Shown: positions 1 through 14,379, counted from the first letter of the stretch. The stretch: DNA of 64,000 nt from Octopus vulgaris (GCA_951406725.2 OX597838.1:42470001-42534000), one strand, 5' to 3'. Made by a program: numbers and translations. The notes: generated from the sequence alone by a model not told the origin.

Positions 1-559
1 TTTTGTATTATTTCTCTATCACTCTGACATTATCATAATATTATTGTGAAGCAAACTTTCATCTGAGCAATGTTTTAAATTAGACAACCATATTTTAAGT
101 AATGAATCTATCACTTACGTCAGTATTCTCAAATAGAATGTACTCTAATAATTAGGAGCTATTATTAAAAATACTTAAATAACTTGAGTTAGACTTCTTA
201 CGATATTATAGTTTTTACAGCTTAATGTGTTTGTTTGTTTTTTAATTATGGGCATTTTCTCTCTAGTATGAGACTTCCTATTAATTCTAGTTACATTTAT
301 TTTTTTAACTTTTTGTTCTTTTTTGCATGAGGCCCTTAAATTATATATTTATTATTTAATGTCTTACGAATTTAGTCTCCGATTAGAAACTAATAAACTA
401 ACATCTGCTGGTTTTAAAACATGTTTATACAAGTGTTGCCTATTTTGTATATTCATAAAATATCTAACACTCCATCAAATATATTGAGTCCTTTTTTATA
501 TAAATGGCTTTGCTAATCCCAGGATTATTATAATCATATTATGTACATATATTATAACA

Positions 560-568
560 TATACACAC

Positions 569-627
<59 letters not shown>

Positions 628-733
628 GCACACACACACACACGCACACAAACACACACACACACACACAACACACACACACACACACACACGCACGCAC
701 ACGCACACACACACCCACACACACACACACACA
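560..733. repeat. (CA)n microsatellite
   Basis: Directly visible. Confidence 0.98.
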
Positions 734-764
734 CTATATCCTAATACAGGTTTAGCTGATTTAA

Positions 765-1050
765 GATGCAGATTGGTTTTGCACCAAAGAAGCAGTACCT
801 CATATGTCACATTCCCAATGAGACAACTGTAGGAGAAATCCTTAAAGGAAGACAATATACTTAACACTTGTTGACCTGGGAAAGGCTTTTGATTGTAGTC
901 CATGCAATATAATCTGGTGGTTGATAATAATGAAGCCAGAGCTCATTGAATGATTTGTGAGGGCTTTACAAGTCATGTACACAGGCACAGTGAGTGCTTT
1001 GAAGTCATAGTTACCAGGGCAAGAATGGGTGGGAAAAATTCAAGAAGTTG
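765..1050 (+). mobile_element. Highly degenerate RTE-clade LINE reverse transcriptase remnant
   Basis: Frameshifted MQIGF..., RQL.EK, VDLGKAFD, IIWW and VRALQVMY motifs. Confidence 0.55.
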
Positions 1051-1984
1051 ATGAGATGTGATGTGTGCAACTGTTCTACTTAAAATAATTGAGTGATGCA
1101 TTTTCCGACAGTTTCTTGACAACCAGTCAGTCCTCAAGGACTTTTTATATTTTTACAAATATTTTTGCTCATTTATTGTCATGCTGTTTCCTTTCTTCAA
1201 ATATTTAAATAATCAGCAACATCCAAAATACTGAAACATATGTAGGAACAAATGATATAAATTTAACTTGTGTTTTTGTAATTTCTACTAGATATGGTTT
1301 ATATATCATAACTACTAATATTAATTAGTACATTAGTAACTTAACCACTACACAGAAGTAAACTCGATGATGATAATCTATGTGGAGCTCTAAATATAAC
1401 AGTAGCAGACATGATGCTGTGTTTTCATCTAAGAGTAAATCTCTTCATACACATGCTGTGTTAAAAACACAATATATATATCAGAGCAAGAAGAAAATCA
1501 TTCTGGTAGTGATTCATGAGAATGCCAGCTGTATTTCAGCCCTCTTGGGCCTTGTCTGTGATGTGTACTCACTTCTCACATGACTAGATGGAATCTATCT
1601 TCCTCTGGTATATAGGAAACAGGGGATATTACATTCACTGGCATTGTGAATAACTGCTGGACTGAATAAAAACTTGGTGTAAGCAATTGAAACAGCATTA
1701 AACTGAAGTAGCCATTTTGTTGAGGAGACTGAAATGCATCTGGCATTCTCAGGAATCCCTTGATGATGTGTTTGTGTCTTGCATTAATCTATAGAGTGTT
1801 TTAAATGCAGCATGTCCACTGAAACATTTCCTCTTAGACAAAGTAAAAGAAAACATTGTCAGGCCTCTCAACAGTGTATACGCATTAAGTAAGGTGGTTG
1901 TACAAATATTTGTGTATACATGTGTATATATGCACATACACCTCACATATAGTAAATTCGTGGTCAAAGGTCCAAATCCCCTTA

Positions 1985-2214
1985 GGCGGTGAGCTGGCAG
2001 AAACGTTAGCATGCCGGGTGAAATGTGTAGCCGTAATTCGTCTGCCGTTACGTTCTGAGTCCAAATTCCGCTGAGGTCGACTTTGCCTTTCATCCTTTCG
2101 GGGTCGATAAATTAAGTACCAGTTACACACTGGGGTCGATGTAATTGACTTAATCCGTTTGTCTGTCTTTGTTTGTGCCCTCTGTGTTTAGCCCCTTGTG
2201 GGTAATTAAAAAAA
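1985..2214 (+). mobile_element. tRNA-derived SINE family B
   Basis: A/B-box-like head, then the central block gtcgactttgcctttcatcctttcggggtcgataaattaagtaccag and an A-rich end. Partial copies at 19712-19856 and ~61890-62105. Confidence 0.8.
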
Positions 2215-2255
2215 AGGTCCAAATTCCCTTGGGGGTCTTGGTCTATGTATGGTCA

Positions 2256-2700
2256 GGCATGGCTGTGTGGTAGGAAGCTTGCTTCCCGACCACATGGCTT
2301 TGGGTCCACAGAGTGGCACCTTGGGCAAGTGTTTTCTACAATAGCTCTGGGTTGACCAAAGACTCTTGGGTTGATTTGGTCAGTGGAAACTGAAAGATGC
2401 TAGCTCTATATGTGTGCATGTATATACATGCATGCGTGTGCTTGAATATGTGTATGTATATGTGTGTGCATGTATCTATGCAAGTGTGTTGTTGTGTTTG
2501 TGTTTGTCCTCCACCACCACCACCTGTCAACTGGTTTTGGGTTGTTTATGTCCTCTTAACTGTGTGGTATGGCAAAATATACTGATAGATTAAGTACCAG
2601 ACTAGAAAAATGAGTTCTGGGGTCAATTTGTTCAGCTAAACTCTTCAATGCGGTGCCCCAGTATGGCCACAGTCCAATGTAAAAGATAGAAGATAGAAGA
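2256..2700 (+). mobile_element. tRNA-derived SINE family A (internal TG/TA microsatellite)
   Basis: ggcatggctgtgtggtaggaagcttgcttccc...ggcaccttgggcaagtg head and ccagtatggccacagtccaatg tail. More than 12 copies occur in the window. Confidence 0.85.
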
Positions 2701-2986
2701 TGTAGAGGAATGCATATGTTTGTATGTCTGTGACACCATGTTTGTGTTTATGTCTACACAGGTGTTGTTGTTTATGTTGTCTGTTTGTATCCTGTAACTT
2801 AGCAGTTCAAAAAATATCAACTGATGAAATATACACCAGATTGAAGAAAATGACAGGAGCATTATAATTGACAAAAGTCCTTGAAGATACGCCCCAGCAT
2901 GGTCGCAGCCCTATAACTAAAACCAGTGAAAATATAAGAGTAAAGGAGTAAATGTATTGTAGTAGTTGTAGTGGTGCCAGTAGCAG

Positions 2987-3024
<38 letters not shown>

Positions 3025-3446
3025 GTATATTTGGGATACAGCTCTTGATTGAAACATGTCTAGTTATTAAAATAGTTCAACCGCTTCCCGGCTCTGTTTA
3101 AAACCACACACACACATCATTGCATTCACTTTATCATAGAGAGATATACATCTACTGCGAAATAATATAGTCGAAGAGATGAAATTCCCTCGTTTCTGAC
3201 AAAAGGTGAATCGAATTTCCACTTAGCTGAAAAACCTGAACATCATCTTCCTCTCTGACCTTCCCCCCCCCCCACATCCCTCATCAGCCAATTCCATTTC
3301 TATACTTGGCAGCTGTGCTATGAAGGAATAACCATTACCAAGTTGATAATATGGCAGCCAGATGCAGGATTTCCCTGTCTGCTGTTACACAACACAGCAA
3401 TTCTATTAATGCAGTGATGGGGGCTTCCCCCACCAATGACATATAT

Positions 3447-3448
<2 letters not shown>

Positions 3449-3518
<70 letters not shown>

Positions 3519-3575
3519 TCTCTCTCTCTCTCTTTCTCTCTCTTTCTTTCTCTCTCTCTCTCTTCCTCTCTCTCC
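3449..3575. repeat. (CT)n microsatellite
   Basis: Directly visible. Confidence 0.98.
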
Positions 3576-3984
3576 AGCACACTGGCTTATTGATTTTAAC
3601 ACTGCTTTCAGATTCAGTTACCAGTTACAGTAATGTCTCTCCATACATTTAAGTAGGCAAGACAAGGTGGAAAATGAAAGAAAAAAAGAAAGCAAGACTC
3701 ACTCAGGTCTCTCTAGTAGTGCTCTGATGTTCAGCAGCATAACCAAAACATTGCATTATTTTTATGGTTCAGTGCCAAATATAACCTGTCTTTGTAAATA
3801 ATATTCATTATTTGCTTGACACTAAACCCTTTTTATTTATTGATATTTATTGATTAACACTTTTGTTTATTACATTCACTTTAGTTTAAACCCTTTGTCT
3901 CATTTTAGCTATTTTCGTTATATATTAAAATAACAACAACAACAATAATAATGTTGATTGTTAATAAAGAAGTAATTATGAGCT

Positions 3985-4326
3985 TATTGTATATAATGCT
4001 CAGGTGTGTTACAACTCATCAGAAAAGGGTAAAAGGGGGGGGGACAGAAAACGACAATAAGTCAAATAAAGCAAGGCAAGAATGATAGTCAAAAGTATAC
4101 AAGATAAAGTATAAGGAGACAGAAAAGTGAACCGTAAAAGAGCCACAAGGAGGGCAGAGTGCTTAGGTACGTCAAGAGTGGTGTTGCTAATTTTTTAGAA
4201 AAATGTGGAATTTCTTTTGACTGATCAGTGTCCTGGCAGCTAATTGATGTGCGTAGTTTTATTTCCTCCTTTGACAATTCTGAACATGACAAAATATCTC
4301 CAAAAGTCATGGAAGCCGAGCTGTTT
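3985..4326 (-). mobile_element. Degenerate CR1-type LINE 3' end
   Basis: ccaaaagtcatggaagccgagctgttt and gctcaggtgtgttacaactcatc resemble the copies at 10525-10766 and 55880-56610. Confidence 0.55.
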
Positions 4327-4331
4327 TTATT

Positions 4332-4362
<31 letters not shown>

Positions 4363-6084
4363 GTATTATTATTATTATCATTATTATTATTATTATTATT
4401 ATTACTATTTTGTATTTGTGTCCATGGTTAGTAGAGATATTGAATTAAAATAGTTTGTTGGAAAGATGGTGAATAATTTGTGGGCTTTTACCAGGCTAAC
4501 TACTAGACATCAAAGATTTAATTACCTCTCTTTCTAATTATTTAATTATTTATCTGTTAAGTTAGCTAATCAATTATTTCTGAAGTGAAAAAAAAAGCTG
4601 ACATTGAGATACACTAGTGTGTTATAAAGAGAAGAAAAATGTAATATTTTGGCAATGAAAATTGATTTCTTTATAAAATGCCATATTCATTCTTCATTCA
4701 CTCAACAACTTCCAATGCAGACCATGAAATTTCCTCTTTGAATTTCAATCATTATATTTGGCTATACATGTATAGCCAAAATAGTTTATACATCAACTTA
4801 TATCGTAAGCTATCTGATTATTTCCCTATCTACACACATTTCTATATATTGAACCATGTATGACCATCTTTTTGTATAGTAAGATAATTAACTACCTTGT
4901 TACACAAACACCAAACTATCTTACTTTCTTTCTGTATACTAAGCTGTCTACTTATATAATATATATGTATATATATCATCATCATCTCCATCATTATTTA
5001 ACATCCATCTTCCATTCATGCATGGGTAGGACAGTTAACAGGAGCCAGCCAGGTAGAAAACTACCCTAGGCCACTGTGTCTATTTTGGCAGGGTTTTTTT
5101 TTTACAGCTGGATCCTCTTCCTAACACCAACCACTCTCCAGGGTGGACTCAGTGCTTCTTATGTGGCACTAGCACATGTGAGGTTAGTTTTGGCAAGATA
5201 TTTACAACTGGATGCCCTTCCAAATGCCAACCACTTTACAGTGAAAAAAATGTACTGGGGTCGATTTGTTTGGTTAAATCCTTCAAGATAGTGACCCAGC
5301 ATGGCTGCAGTTCAGTGACTGAACTAAGTAAAAGATAGAAAGGCATTGATAAATAACTATAAATTATTTAGGCACAGGGCCTGAAAACGGTCTTCCTTCA
5401 TCGAAAACCGGTGATTGCCGTACGCCGAAGACAGGCAAATACCTAGAAACTGCAGTCCGTGCGTATCACTTAGGTTGACGAGAGAGGGATGACCTCCCTT
5501 TGCAAATATCATAAGGGCACAGAAAGTGTGCCTAAAGCCAGCTGGAGACGATGATCTCCTGGGGCTAAAAGCTACAATAACACCCACCCTTAGTGGTTAG
5601 CCATATTGAGATGGCTAGTATACTTTACGTTGTCGAGCAGTTACTGTTTACATCTCGTTCAGAGATTTATTATTGCTATATATAAATGTGTTTGTGTATA
5701 TATATATATATGTATTTCTTCCAGTCTATTTGCCAGATCAATTCTTGCTTTGTATAGCACATGATCAAGTTTCATGTGTCATTTGTTTGTGTAACATTTT
5801 GTTTTGTGAAGATAGTTTACTAATTCAGTAGCTAATCCTTTCCCAGGTGAAGGTCAGTTTTCCTATGTGAAAAGCCGGGTCAGTCATTTACAGTGCTGCC
5901 TCTGAATAAAACAATCAGCAACACCATAACCGTAGTGTCCACATAGAATTGGGTGGAGTTATTTGTTGATAGTTTGAGAACAATAACAAAAAAAAAAAAC
6001 AGCAATAATAGCCATATACATACTTGCATTCATACACACACACACACCTGTGTGTGTGTGTGCATATACCAAAAGAGACAACTT

Positions 6085-6770
6085 GAGCCTGGTGCAGCTC
6101 TTTTCCGTTTGTTTGTTTTGGTTTGGTTTCTATCGCTGGATGCCCTTCCTAATGCCAATCACTCCACAGAATGTACTGGATGTTTTGTATGCGTCACCGG
6201 CTGATGTATATTTTACATACCACTGGCATGGGGGAATATTGCGTGTCACTGGCACGAGTGCTCTTTTTGTGTCACCAGCACAGTTACCTTTGACGTATCA
6301 CTAGCACGGATGCCTGTTACATGTCACTGGGACAGGTGCCTTTTTACGTAGAATCAGCACAAGTGCCTCTCACATGTGACCAACATGGATACTTTCCATG
6401 TGCCACTGTCACTGGCCACAACTATGAATGATTTCACTTAGCTTGACATGTCTTTTCAAGCAGGGCAAATCGCCAAAAGGCTCAGTCACTTGTCATTGCC
6501 TCCACAAGACTCAACATCTGAAGATCATATTTCACTACCTCATCCCACATCTTCCTGAGTGGCATGTAAGAGGTGCCCTTCCACACATTCTCACCGCAGT
6601 TAGAGATCAGCACTTCTTTACACAGTTGTTTTCATCTATATACATCATATGACCATACCAGCAGAGTCTTTGCTTTGCACACTCCATCCAATGCCTCTTA
6701 TGCTAAATTTTTCTCTGAAGTCACTCACACTCTGCCATACATGTACACTGACATTGTACATCCAGGATAT
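6085..6770 (-). mobile_element. 5'-truncated RTE LINE (ORF end plus 3' UTR)
   Basis: Contains ctggatgcccttcctaatgccaa (reverse of the RTE tail) and degenerate homology to the end of the 43470-44575 ORF. Confidence 0.7.
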
Positions 6771-7404
6771 ATACATATCATATCTATGTTAATAAAAGTA
6801 AAATTCTGTCTATCCGTCTGGAACATATTATACCTTTTTTGGAATCAGGATGATGGTGGGCTTGAAAATCTGCCTTTCATTTGGTTCTTGAACATCCAGC
6901 ATTGGGATCTGGTTTAAAAGTATTTGGTTGCTATTTCTAGCCGGTAAAGCTTGGCTGATTCACACCATTTTGGTCGACATTTGTCAGATAATGTCAGAGA
7001 TCAAGGGGGAGATAGAGGACATTCACTTCATTAATTTTACATCAAGATAAGAACTTTGGGACAAATTGGCCAACAGCTGGAATTTGGGTTGGGACTGGAA
7101 AAATAGAATGATAACATTTCAGAATTAATTCTCTTCCATCCTTAACCTTTTATCAAACACCACTGGGGCATATAGCCATAGACATATAGTCATGCTATTT
7201 AGCTCTCTTTAATTTTGGGCTGCAGGCCCAATTACCCTCCACAGTGAGTAGGGAAAGGAAAAACACCAGCACCCCAGGCTAAAGAAGGTCTTCACCCATG
7301 TAAGGTGTTGTTATCTATGTGGTGGGGTTTAAAAGGTTTAGTCCACTTTGAAATTTTTAACCCAAACCAAACAATAACAAAGGAGATCTAGTGTGGGGAG
7401 CTTG

Positions 7405-7625
7405 AGTGGCTTAAGTCAGCACTAGAAGAAAAATGACCATCTTTGGTTTCAAGACCAAAGCTGTTCTTCCATCAGGATAATGCTCGACCACATACAGTGA
7501 GGATGACATTCCAAACACTGGAGCAGTTTTGATTGGGAAACAATGCTCCACCCACCATATTCGCCGGACATTGCCCCATCTGGTTATCAGGAGTGTTCTA
7601 AAACACTTGGAAAACTATTGAAAGT
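7405..7625 (+). mobile_element. Tc1/mariner transposase remnant
   Basis: Translates, with a frameshift, to FHQDNARPHT...WETMLHPPYSPDIAPS, the mariner catalytic-domain motifs. Confidence 0.85.
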
Positions 7626-7759
7626 TAATGGATACTGAAGGTTACAGGTAGTGACCTGCTACCCACATAAATCCTGTCAGGAATAAGACTGAACCTGAGT
7701 CAAGTCAATAATAATAATCTTAATGTAGAATAATTTATAGTTATTTATCAATGCCTTTC

Positions 7760-7988
7760 TATCTTTTACTTAGTTCAGTCACTGAACTGCAGCCATGCTG
7801 GGTCACTATCTTGAAGGATTTAGCCAAACAAATCGACCCCAGTACATTTTTTTCCCTTTTTTGCAGCCTGTTACTTTTTCTGTTGGTCTCTTTTGCCAAA
7901 CTGCTAAGTACAAGGCTGTAAAGAAGCCAGTACCAATTGTGAAGCAATTGGTGGGGTCAAACACAATACAGCACAAACACACACGCAT

Positions 7989-8052
<64 letters not shown>

Positions 8053-8205
8053 GATGAGCTTCTTTCAGTTTCCATCTACCACATGCACCTTGGCCAAGTG
8101 TCTTCTATAGTAGAAGGCATTTGTCCAAGGTGCCATGCAGTGGGACTGAATCAAAGACCACATAATTGGGAAGTAAGTTCATTAGCCACATAGCCATGCC
8201 TGCAC
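7760..8205 (-). mobile_element. SINE family A copy
   Basis: Reverse complement of the family A head and tail with an internal (CA)n. Confidence 0.85.
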
Positions 8206-9498
8206 CTATATTTACATTTTCAAATATTCTTGGTTTATACTTGAAAATGCATTCACTCAAGAGTTTCTCAACAGAAAATGACTGAATAGATGAAGTAACA
8301 GCTGTCTGGGTTATACTGTATCTCATTTCTAAAGAAGACAAGTTTATTGTGTCACTTCAGTTCCTCTTACTGTAGGAAATAGATACCAAGCTTATCTACA
8401 AAACTTCCATTGGACTTGAAGGCTACCCAACAGAATATTTTTCTTTCATGAAATTCAATGCTGCAGTAACCACTGTTTCTAAGGAGATGGTGATTCGTGA
8501 AAAGGATTAAGTTAGCATGATTATATGGCAGGAGTAATCTGCATAAAATGGTTAATAGCGAGAATGATCAATTTGAATTGTTGTCACCAAAGTTGAACAG
8601 CAGATAGAAATTAATAAGTGAAGCAGTTTGTCTGCCTTGTGTAATACTTAAACTTAATTGTAAAATGCTGAGTTTGAATCTCGTTAAAGTGACAAGTAAT
8701 TAGCATAAATCAAGGACACTGTTGTGAGAGAGGGAGGCGGTGGTGGGGAGTTAACACTAACAATTCAATGAGCTGTGATTCTTTATAACTGAACATTCAA
8801 CAATTACACTATGTTCACCTATATGGCTGAATTTGAAAAGAAGTTGATAACTGAAGCCCACAATTTCTTCAGTTCACTAGTGATGCCACCCACCTCACAC
8901 CATCAAGAACTTGTGCATGAATTCTTTTGGAATCTTTCTTCACAGCTTAACCTGTTTTAACATTCCTCTCTCTATTCTTATCTGTGGATTATTTTCTGTG
9001 ATTTTTTACTATTATTTACTTCTCTTATTTTATTTTACTTCTTGTTATTTGGCTTAAATTAAAGATAGTAAATTCCTTTATTCCAATCAACCACTTTAAC
9101 TTAATTGATCTGAATGCATTTATATGTGAAATTTTTCTGTAAAGAATTACACCACAATATATGTTTGCTCTGTTGGTTTCTTTTGCCTAACCAAATTCCT
9201 CCAATCTTGTCCAATTCTAGGTCTTCCGTACATTGTAAAGATAAAGGGTAACTTGTGTTTATGTTTAGAGTTGAATCATAGATGAAGCCATAATGTTTGG
9301 GTAATTTGATGCTTTAGCTTTCTTTATTTGCATTAATTTGTGAATATAGAATTGTATTATAATATGCTAAGCATACATATTGATGCAAATATGTGCATAT
9401 AAGTTTTGCGTAATGAAATGAATGCATGATTAAGGTTACAAAACAGCTGTAATCATATGGAAATATAAATTTATCTTCACCTCTCAAAACTCCTGACC

Positions 9499-9534
<36 letters not shown>

Positions 9535-9706
9535 CAAATTGAGATAGGGGTTGTAAATGCAACCCACCATGGGATACCATATATCCAATATACTGCTAGT
9601 GAGCTACCCAACAAAGTTAATACATAAATGTTAAGAATTGCGATACAATTAATTCATTTATTGTATTATATGGGCAAAGGTAAAATGTTTTACCACAAAT
9701 TCATAA

Positions 9707-10152
9707 TACAAAATAAGAAAATGGAGAAATACATCGAAATCAAATATCAATTACCAGATAATACTCAATCACATACTTTATCAAACCACCACATAAGAGA
9801 CTATAAGGTTGAACATAATAATGCAGGGTAAAGCAGTGTACATGAAGGAGTGAACATAAAATAGTAATGTTATACAATAAGTAGAATACGTATGATAGAA
9901 CATAAATATAAGTACATATAAATATAAATATAATTTATATTTATATAAATATAAATAAAATATAAATATAATTTATATTTATTGTATAACATTACTATTT
10001 TATGTACACTCCTTCATGTACACTGCTTTACCCTGCATTATTATGTTCAACCTTATAGTTTCTTATGTGGTGGTTTGATAAAGTATGTGATTGAGTATTA
10101 TCTGGTAATTGATATTTGATTTCGATGTATTTCTCAATTTTCTTATTTTGTA
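9707..10152. repeat. Long inverted repeat (174-bp arms, ~100-bp AT-rich spacer), foldback/MITE-like
   Basis: 9707-9880 is the reverse complement of 9979-10152, with about 3 mismatches by eye. Confidence 0.93.
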
Positions 10153-10524
10153 TATATATATATATATATATATATCATCATCATCATCATCATATATATA
10201 TATATATATATATATCTCACAATATCATGTAATCACGTAATCAACCAATGCTATATATCACTAGTCACAATGCGCTTTGCATCAGTTTAGCTTTTGAATG
10301 ATTCCACCCCACTGGCGAGGCAAGGAGGCCAACATTCCTCCTGGTTGCAAAGCTAGTCTGACAAAGGCCCACCTATTGACCAATGAGTGGACTGGAGCAA
10401 CATGGAATGAAGCATTTGGCACCACTCAGTTTGGTGATTGAACCCACAATCTAGCAATCCTGAGTGCTACATCCTAACCACTTGGCTACGTGTCTTTACT
10501 ATATAATAATAATAATAATAATAA

Positions 10525-10766
10525 TTGTGTACAGTGCTCAGGTGCACTACAACTCATCTAAAGTGTATATATAATCAGGTGTAGTTTCGATGGATTTCGG
10601 GAAGCATGAGGGCCTTAAAGGATGCAGTGTCATGACAGTCAACAACTGACGCAGGCAGTTTATTCCACGCTTCAGCAACCCTGAGCGTGAAAAAATGTTT
10701 CCGAAAGTCATGGGAGCTGTGCTGTTTTCTGACTTTGTAGGCATGTCCACGTGTGTTAGACACATG
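10525..10766 (-). mobile_element. CR1-clade LINE 3' fragment
   Basis: SNTRGHAYKVRKQHSSHDFRKHFFTLRVAEAWNKLP. Followed by a TAA/ATT tract. Same family as 55880-56610. Confidence 0.88.
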
Positions 10767-10856
10767 GAGATATATATATATTAAATATATATATATATAT
10801 ATATACTCATGATAAATAACTACTTCTGAGATAATGTATTTGTGTATTGTGTGTGT

Positions 10857-10912
<56 letters not shown>

Positions 10913-12189
10913 TGTGTGTGTGTGTGTGTGTTTATGTCTGTGTGCGCGTGCGTGTGTAACTAAAGCTTTGGTTTTACCCCTAGATGCCCTTCCTCCTGCT
11001 AGTAATTCGCCACTAAAGTAGAAGTAGAACTTGTTTTACAGCCAGTCAGGCAGCTTGGAGCAAGCAGCTTTGGGTGCTTTGCTCAGATCAGTGACATGCA
11101 ACCACAGCAACATAATCAGAATTTATGACCATAATATCAATTGTCCAGCACTATAACATTACAGTCACACACACACTCTCTCTCTCTCTCTCTCTCTCTT
11201 TCTCACATACACACACACAAACAAAACAAAATGTAGTAGAAATACCAGTTCAACATTGACTCACAGTTATATAGTAAACACAATTTCTTTTGGTTAATAA
11301 ATGTAGAATAGTGAAGACAAACTACCTTCAAATATTCACGTCTGTGGTCAGTGTTTTACTATTGTGGAAGTCTTCCTTTCTTTTCATTGGTTAATAATTG
11401 TTTCTAATTTTAGCACAATGCTATCACATTTGAGGAGTGGTGCTTAGTCAATTTCTATCAACCCCAAATCTTGCTGGTACATTAATCAACTCTGGAGGCA
11501 TAACAGGCAAAACCTAAATTCATCTTCCATACTTTCATTCTATCTATCTATCTAGCTTGCTAACTATATCTATCAGCTATCTGTCTGTCTGTCTGTCTGT
11601 CTTTCTGTCCTTCTTTCTTTCTCTCTTTCATTCTTGCTTTCTTTGTTTTCAACAATCCAATTTGCTGTTGTCATCATCATTTGTACTTCTGCTTCCCATA
11701 CTGGCAAGAGTTGAATGTTTTGACAGGATCCAATGCTCCAGTATTTTTGTCTCAGCATGGTCTATATGGCCAACTACTTTACAGAGTGTACAAGGTCCTT
11801 TTTTTCTCATGGTAACAACATTAATGAGACTAAAGAGCCCCCACAACTACAAGTGAGGTAGATAGAACATAGGGTGAAGATAGTGAAGGCCTTTGCATGT
11901 CAGACAAATGAGTTTAGAAAGGTTACTGTTCCTAACAAAACATCATTGATATCTTTTCAATCATTGGACTGTGCCCATGCTAGGGCACCACCATAAAGAA
12001 CTAACAAGAAAACAGGAAAAAAATAGATGTGTACTGCAACACATAGCCTGTCAGATTTCTATTCCAGAGGCCAGAGGTTTTTATCCCACCAGAGACTATA
12101 TAAAACCCTGAATTTTTCTTTAATGCTGATACTTCACAAGCATTGACCAAGTTGATTTAATCGAAGCCAACTCCCAAAAGGCTCGTCAG

Positions 12190-13050
12190 CTTCAAGGGCA
12201 GTGAATTGATGATCTTTCTCTGATAGAGGAATCTAATGGTATGTGACTGTTCCTTTGCATAAGCACAGGTCCTGGGTTGAGAAGCCATGATGGCATATAT
12301 GTTCCTGTATATCCTGAATATCTTTGACAGTTAGAGAGGCATTCATGAGGAGTAGTGATGAAGATCTGATTGAATGCAATGTGCCTGGAAGAACTGTTTC
12401 CCATGAAGATACTGGAAGGGCTTGAGTTTTCAAAGAGAGTAGTGCTGATTTCCAAACAGTACCATTATGTCTTTCTACTTAACTCTTGCCAGTGAGGTTG
12501 TCGGGGTTGTCCTACTTGTTGCAATGCCCTTACTAAGGAGCCATTCTTTCAATTTTGTCGGCATAAAGGCAGTTCCATAATCAGAATGTACATAACTGGG
12601 CATAGTGAAAACTGAAAGCAAGTCTGTTAAACATCTCATTACAGACTGAGCTGATGTGTCAGACACTCGATAACCAAATGGAAACCAAGAGTATTCGTCA
12701 AAGATTGTCAGAAGATAAGGATACTTTGTTGAAGGAATTGGCCCTTTAAAACCAACTGAAATTTGTTCAAATGGCTGCATGGCCTTAATTAAATTAACAA
12801 AGTTTGGTTTATAATATTGTGGTTTCACTTCTTGACATATAGAGCAATTCCTATATATTTGTTTCACATTCTCCAACGAATATGGAAGGCTTCTAGTACA
12901 GACGAAATGATGAAGGCGTATTACACCAGGATGGCAAAGTGCTACATGTAACTCATAATGTGAATGTGAACTGACTGCTGAACAGCGTACCCCAGTGAAT
13001 GCATCCGGAGCGATGTTACTGGATCTTGGGCAATAAAAGGAGTCCAAGTT
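12190..13050 (-). mobile_element. Gypsy/Ty3 LTR retrotransposon integrase fragment (decayed)
   Basis: ORF 12475-13047 has an HHCC zinc finger (H..LCHPG...CSIC) and an rve core (PFEQISVGFKGP, LTIFDEYS, YVHSDYGTAF). Confidence 0.88.
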
Positions 13051-13175
13051 ATTGGCCGCAATTACATACTTGAAGTCAGTGTTGGCAGAAATTAAATCAG
13101 CTTACAAATACATGTTCACTTTACTAAATTTATACTCAGGCTAAGCCCAAACAGCCCAAGTGCCAAAGTCATTAC

Positions 13176-13223
<48 letters not shown>

Positions 13224-13376
13224 AAAAGTAAAAGGGATTAATAAATTGAGGCAGCTTTCTATAAAACTCTGTTTTAAACAAATTTGGTTAACTATATAAA
13301 AGAATCAGATACCAATAAATGCAAGTTGAATAAACATCCAAGGTAATTTTTCGTGTGTGGCTAGTAAATCCAAATA

Positions 13377-13399
<23 letters not shown>

Positions 13400-13407
<8 letters not shown>

Positions 13408-14300
13408 CTTTCGATGTCCAGCTTCCATGCTAGGATGTGTTAGATGGTTGGACAGAATGTGTTGACTCCAAGAACCGCATCATGCTCCAATGTCTCCTTC
13501 GGCATGGTTTCTAAGGGTAGATGCCTTTCCTAACACCAACCACACTACAGAGTGTACTGGGGCTTTTACATGTCACCAACACCAGTGAGGTCGCTATGCA
13601 GCTCACAAGTCTAATGTCCCCTTTGACTGATTTGGGCTACAGTAGAGAGAGAGACGCTGCTCTATGTGAGGAGATGAGATTTTAAAGAAGGAAAGAAGGT
13701 TTTTCCTTTTTACTGTACATGAGCTACATGTCTACTCTCATTATAGAAGAGAGGGTGGAAGTAATTGGGGTGGAGCAGGACAGAGAGATAAAAGCAGTGC
13801 TTGCAAGCTGTCAGGGTGCTTCAAGGTACAGAAAGGTGAATAGAAATGGGAACAGAACAGGAGGTGTGTGGACAGAGGCTGCAAGAGGAAATGAGAAGAC
13901 TGGGGAAGGGTTAAATATGGGGTGGGGGTAAGAGAGCGAGTAAGAATGAAGAACAAGAGCTGGAGGGTAGTCAATAATAAATGAGTTGGAGGGGAGGTAG
14001 GGAGGAGTGGGTGATGACTGTATAGACTGGGCTGGGTTGATATAATAAATGAGTTGGAGAGAAGGTTGGGGAGAGTAGGTGATGACTGGCAGTACAGAAA
14101 TAGACAAACAGAATTGTAAAAATGATAGTAATATAATAGAGCAGGGCGGGGAAGATGATGTATGGGTGTGAAGGTTTGCAAGTGGGCAAAGGGAAAAACA
14201 GATATAGTACCTGAGAAGAGTAAGAGATTGTGGTGGAGAGAGATAATATGGTAGCACGCCAGGGTGGTCAATGTAAACTGTATGAATATATATAGACACA
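13400..14300 (-). mobile_element. Degenerate RTE 3' UTR copy with long purine/pyrimidine-biased segment
   Basis: (CAT)n tail, gatgcctttcctaacaccaaccac motif, same layout as 17470-18830. Confidence 0.55.
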
Positions 14301-14340
14301 CATACATATTAAAGTACTGAAAGTACCTGGCAGCAGCAGC

Positions 14341-14379
<39 letters not shown>

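Noticed and set aside
496-903. Cys/Val- and His/Thr-rich ORFs here and at many other CA/TG tracts
   Set aside because: Dinucleotide-repeat translation artefacts.
8376-8510. Possible upstream exon (tgtag|GAAATAGATACC...)
   Set aside because: Short open frame after an AG, but with no ankyrin-like content and no good phase-1 donor.
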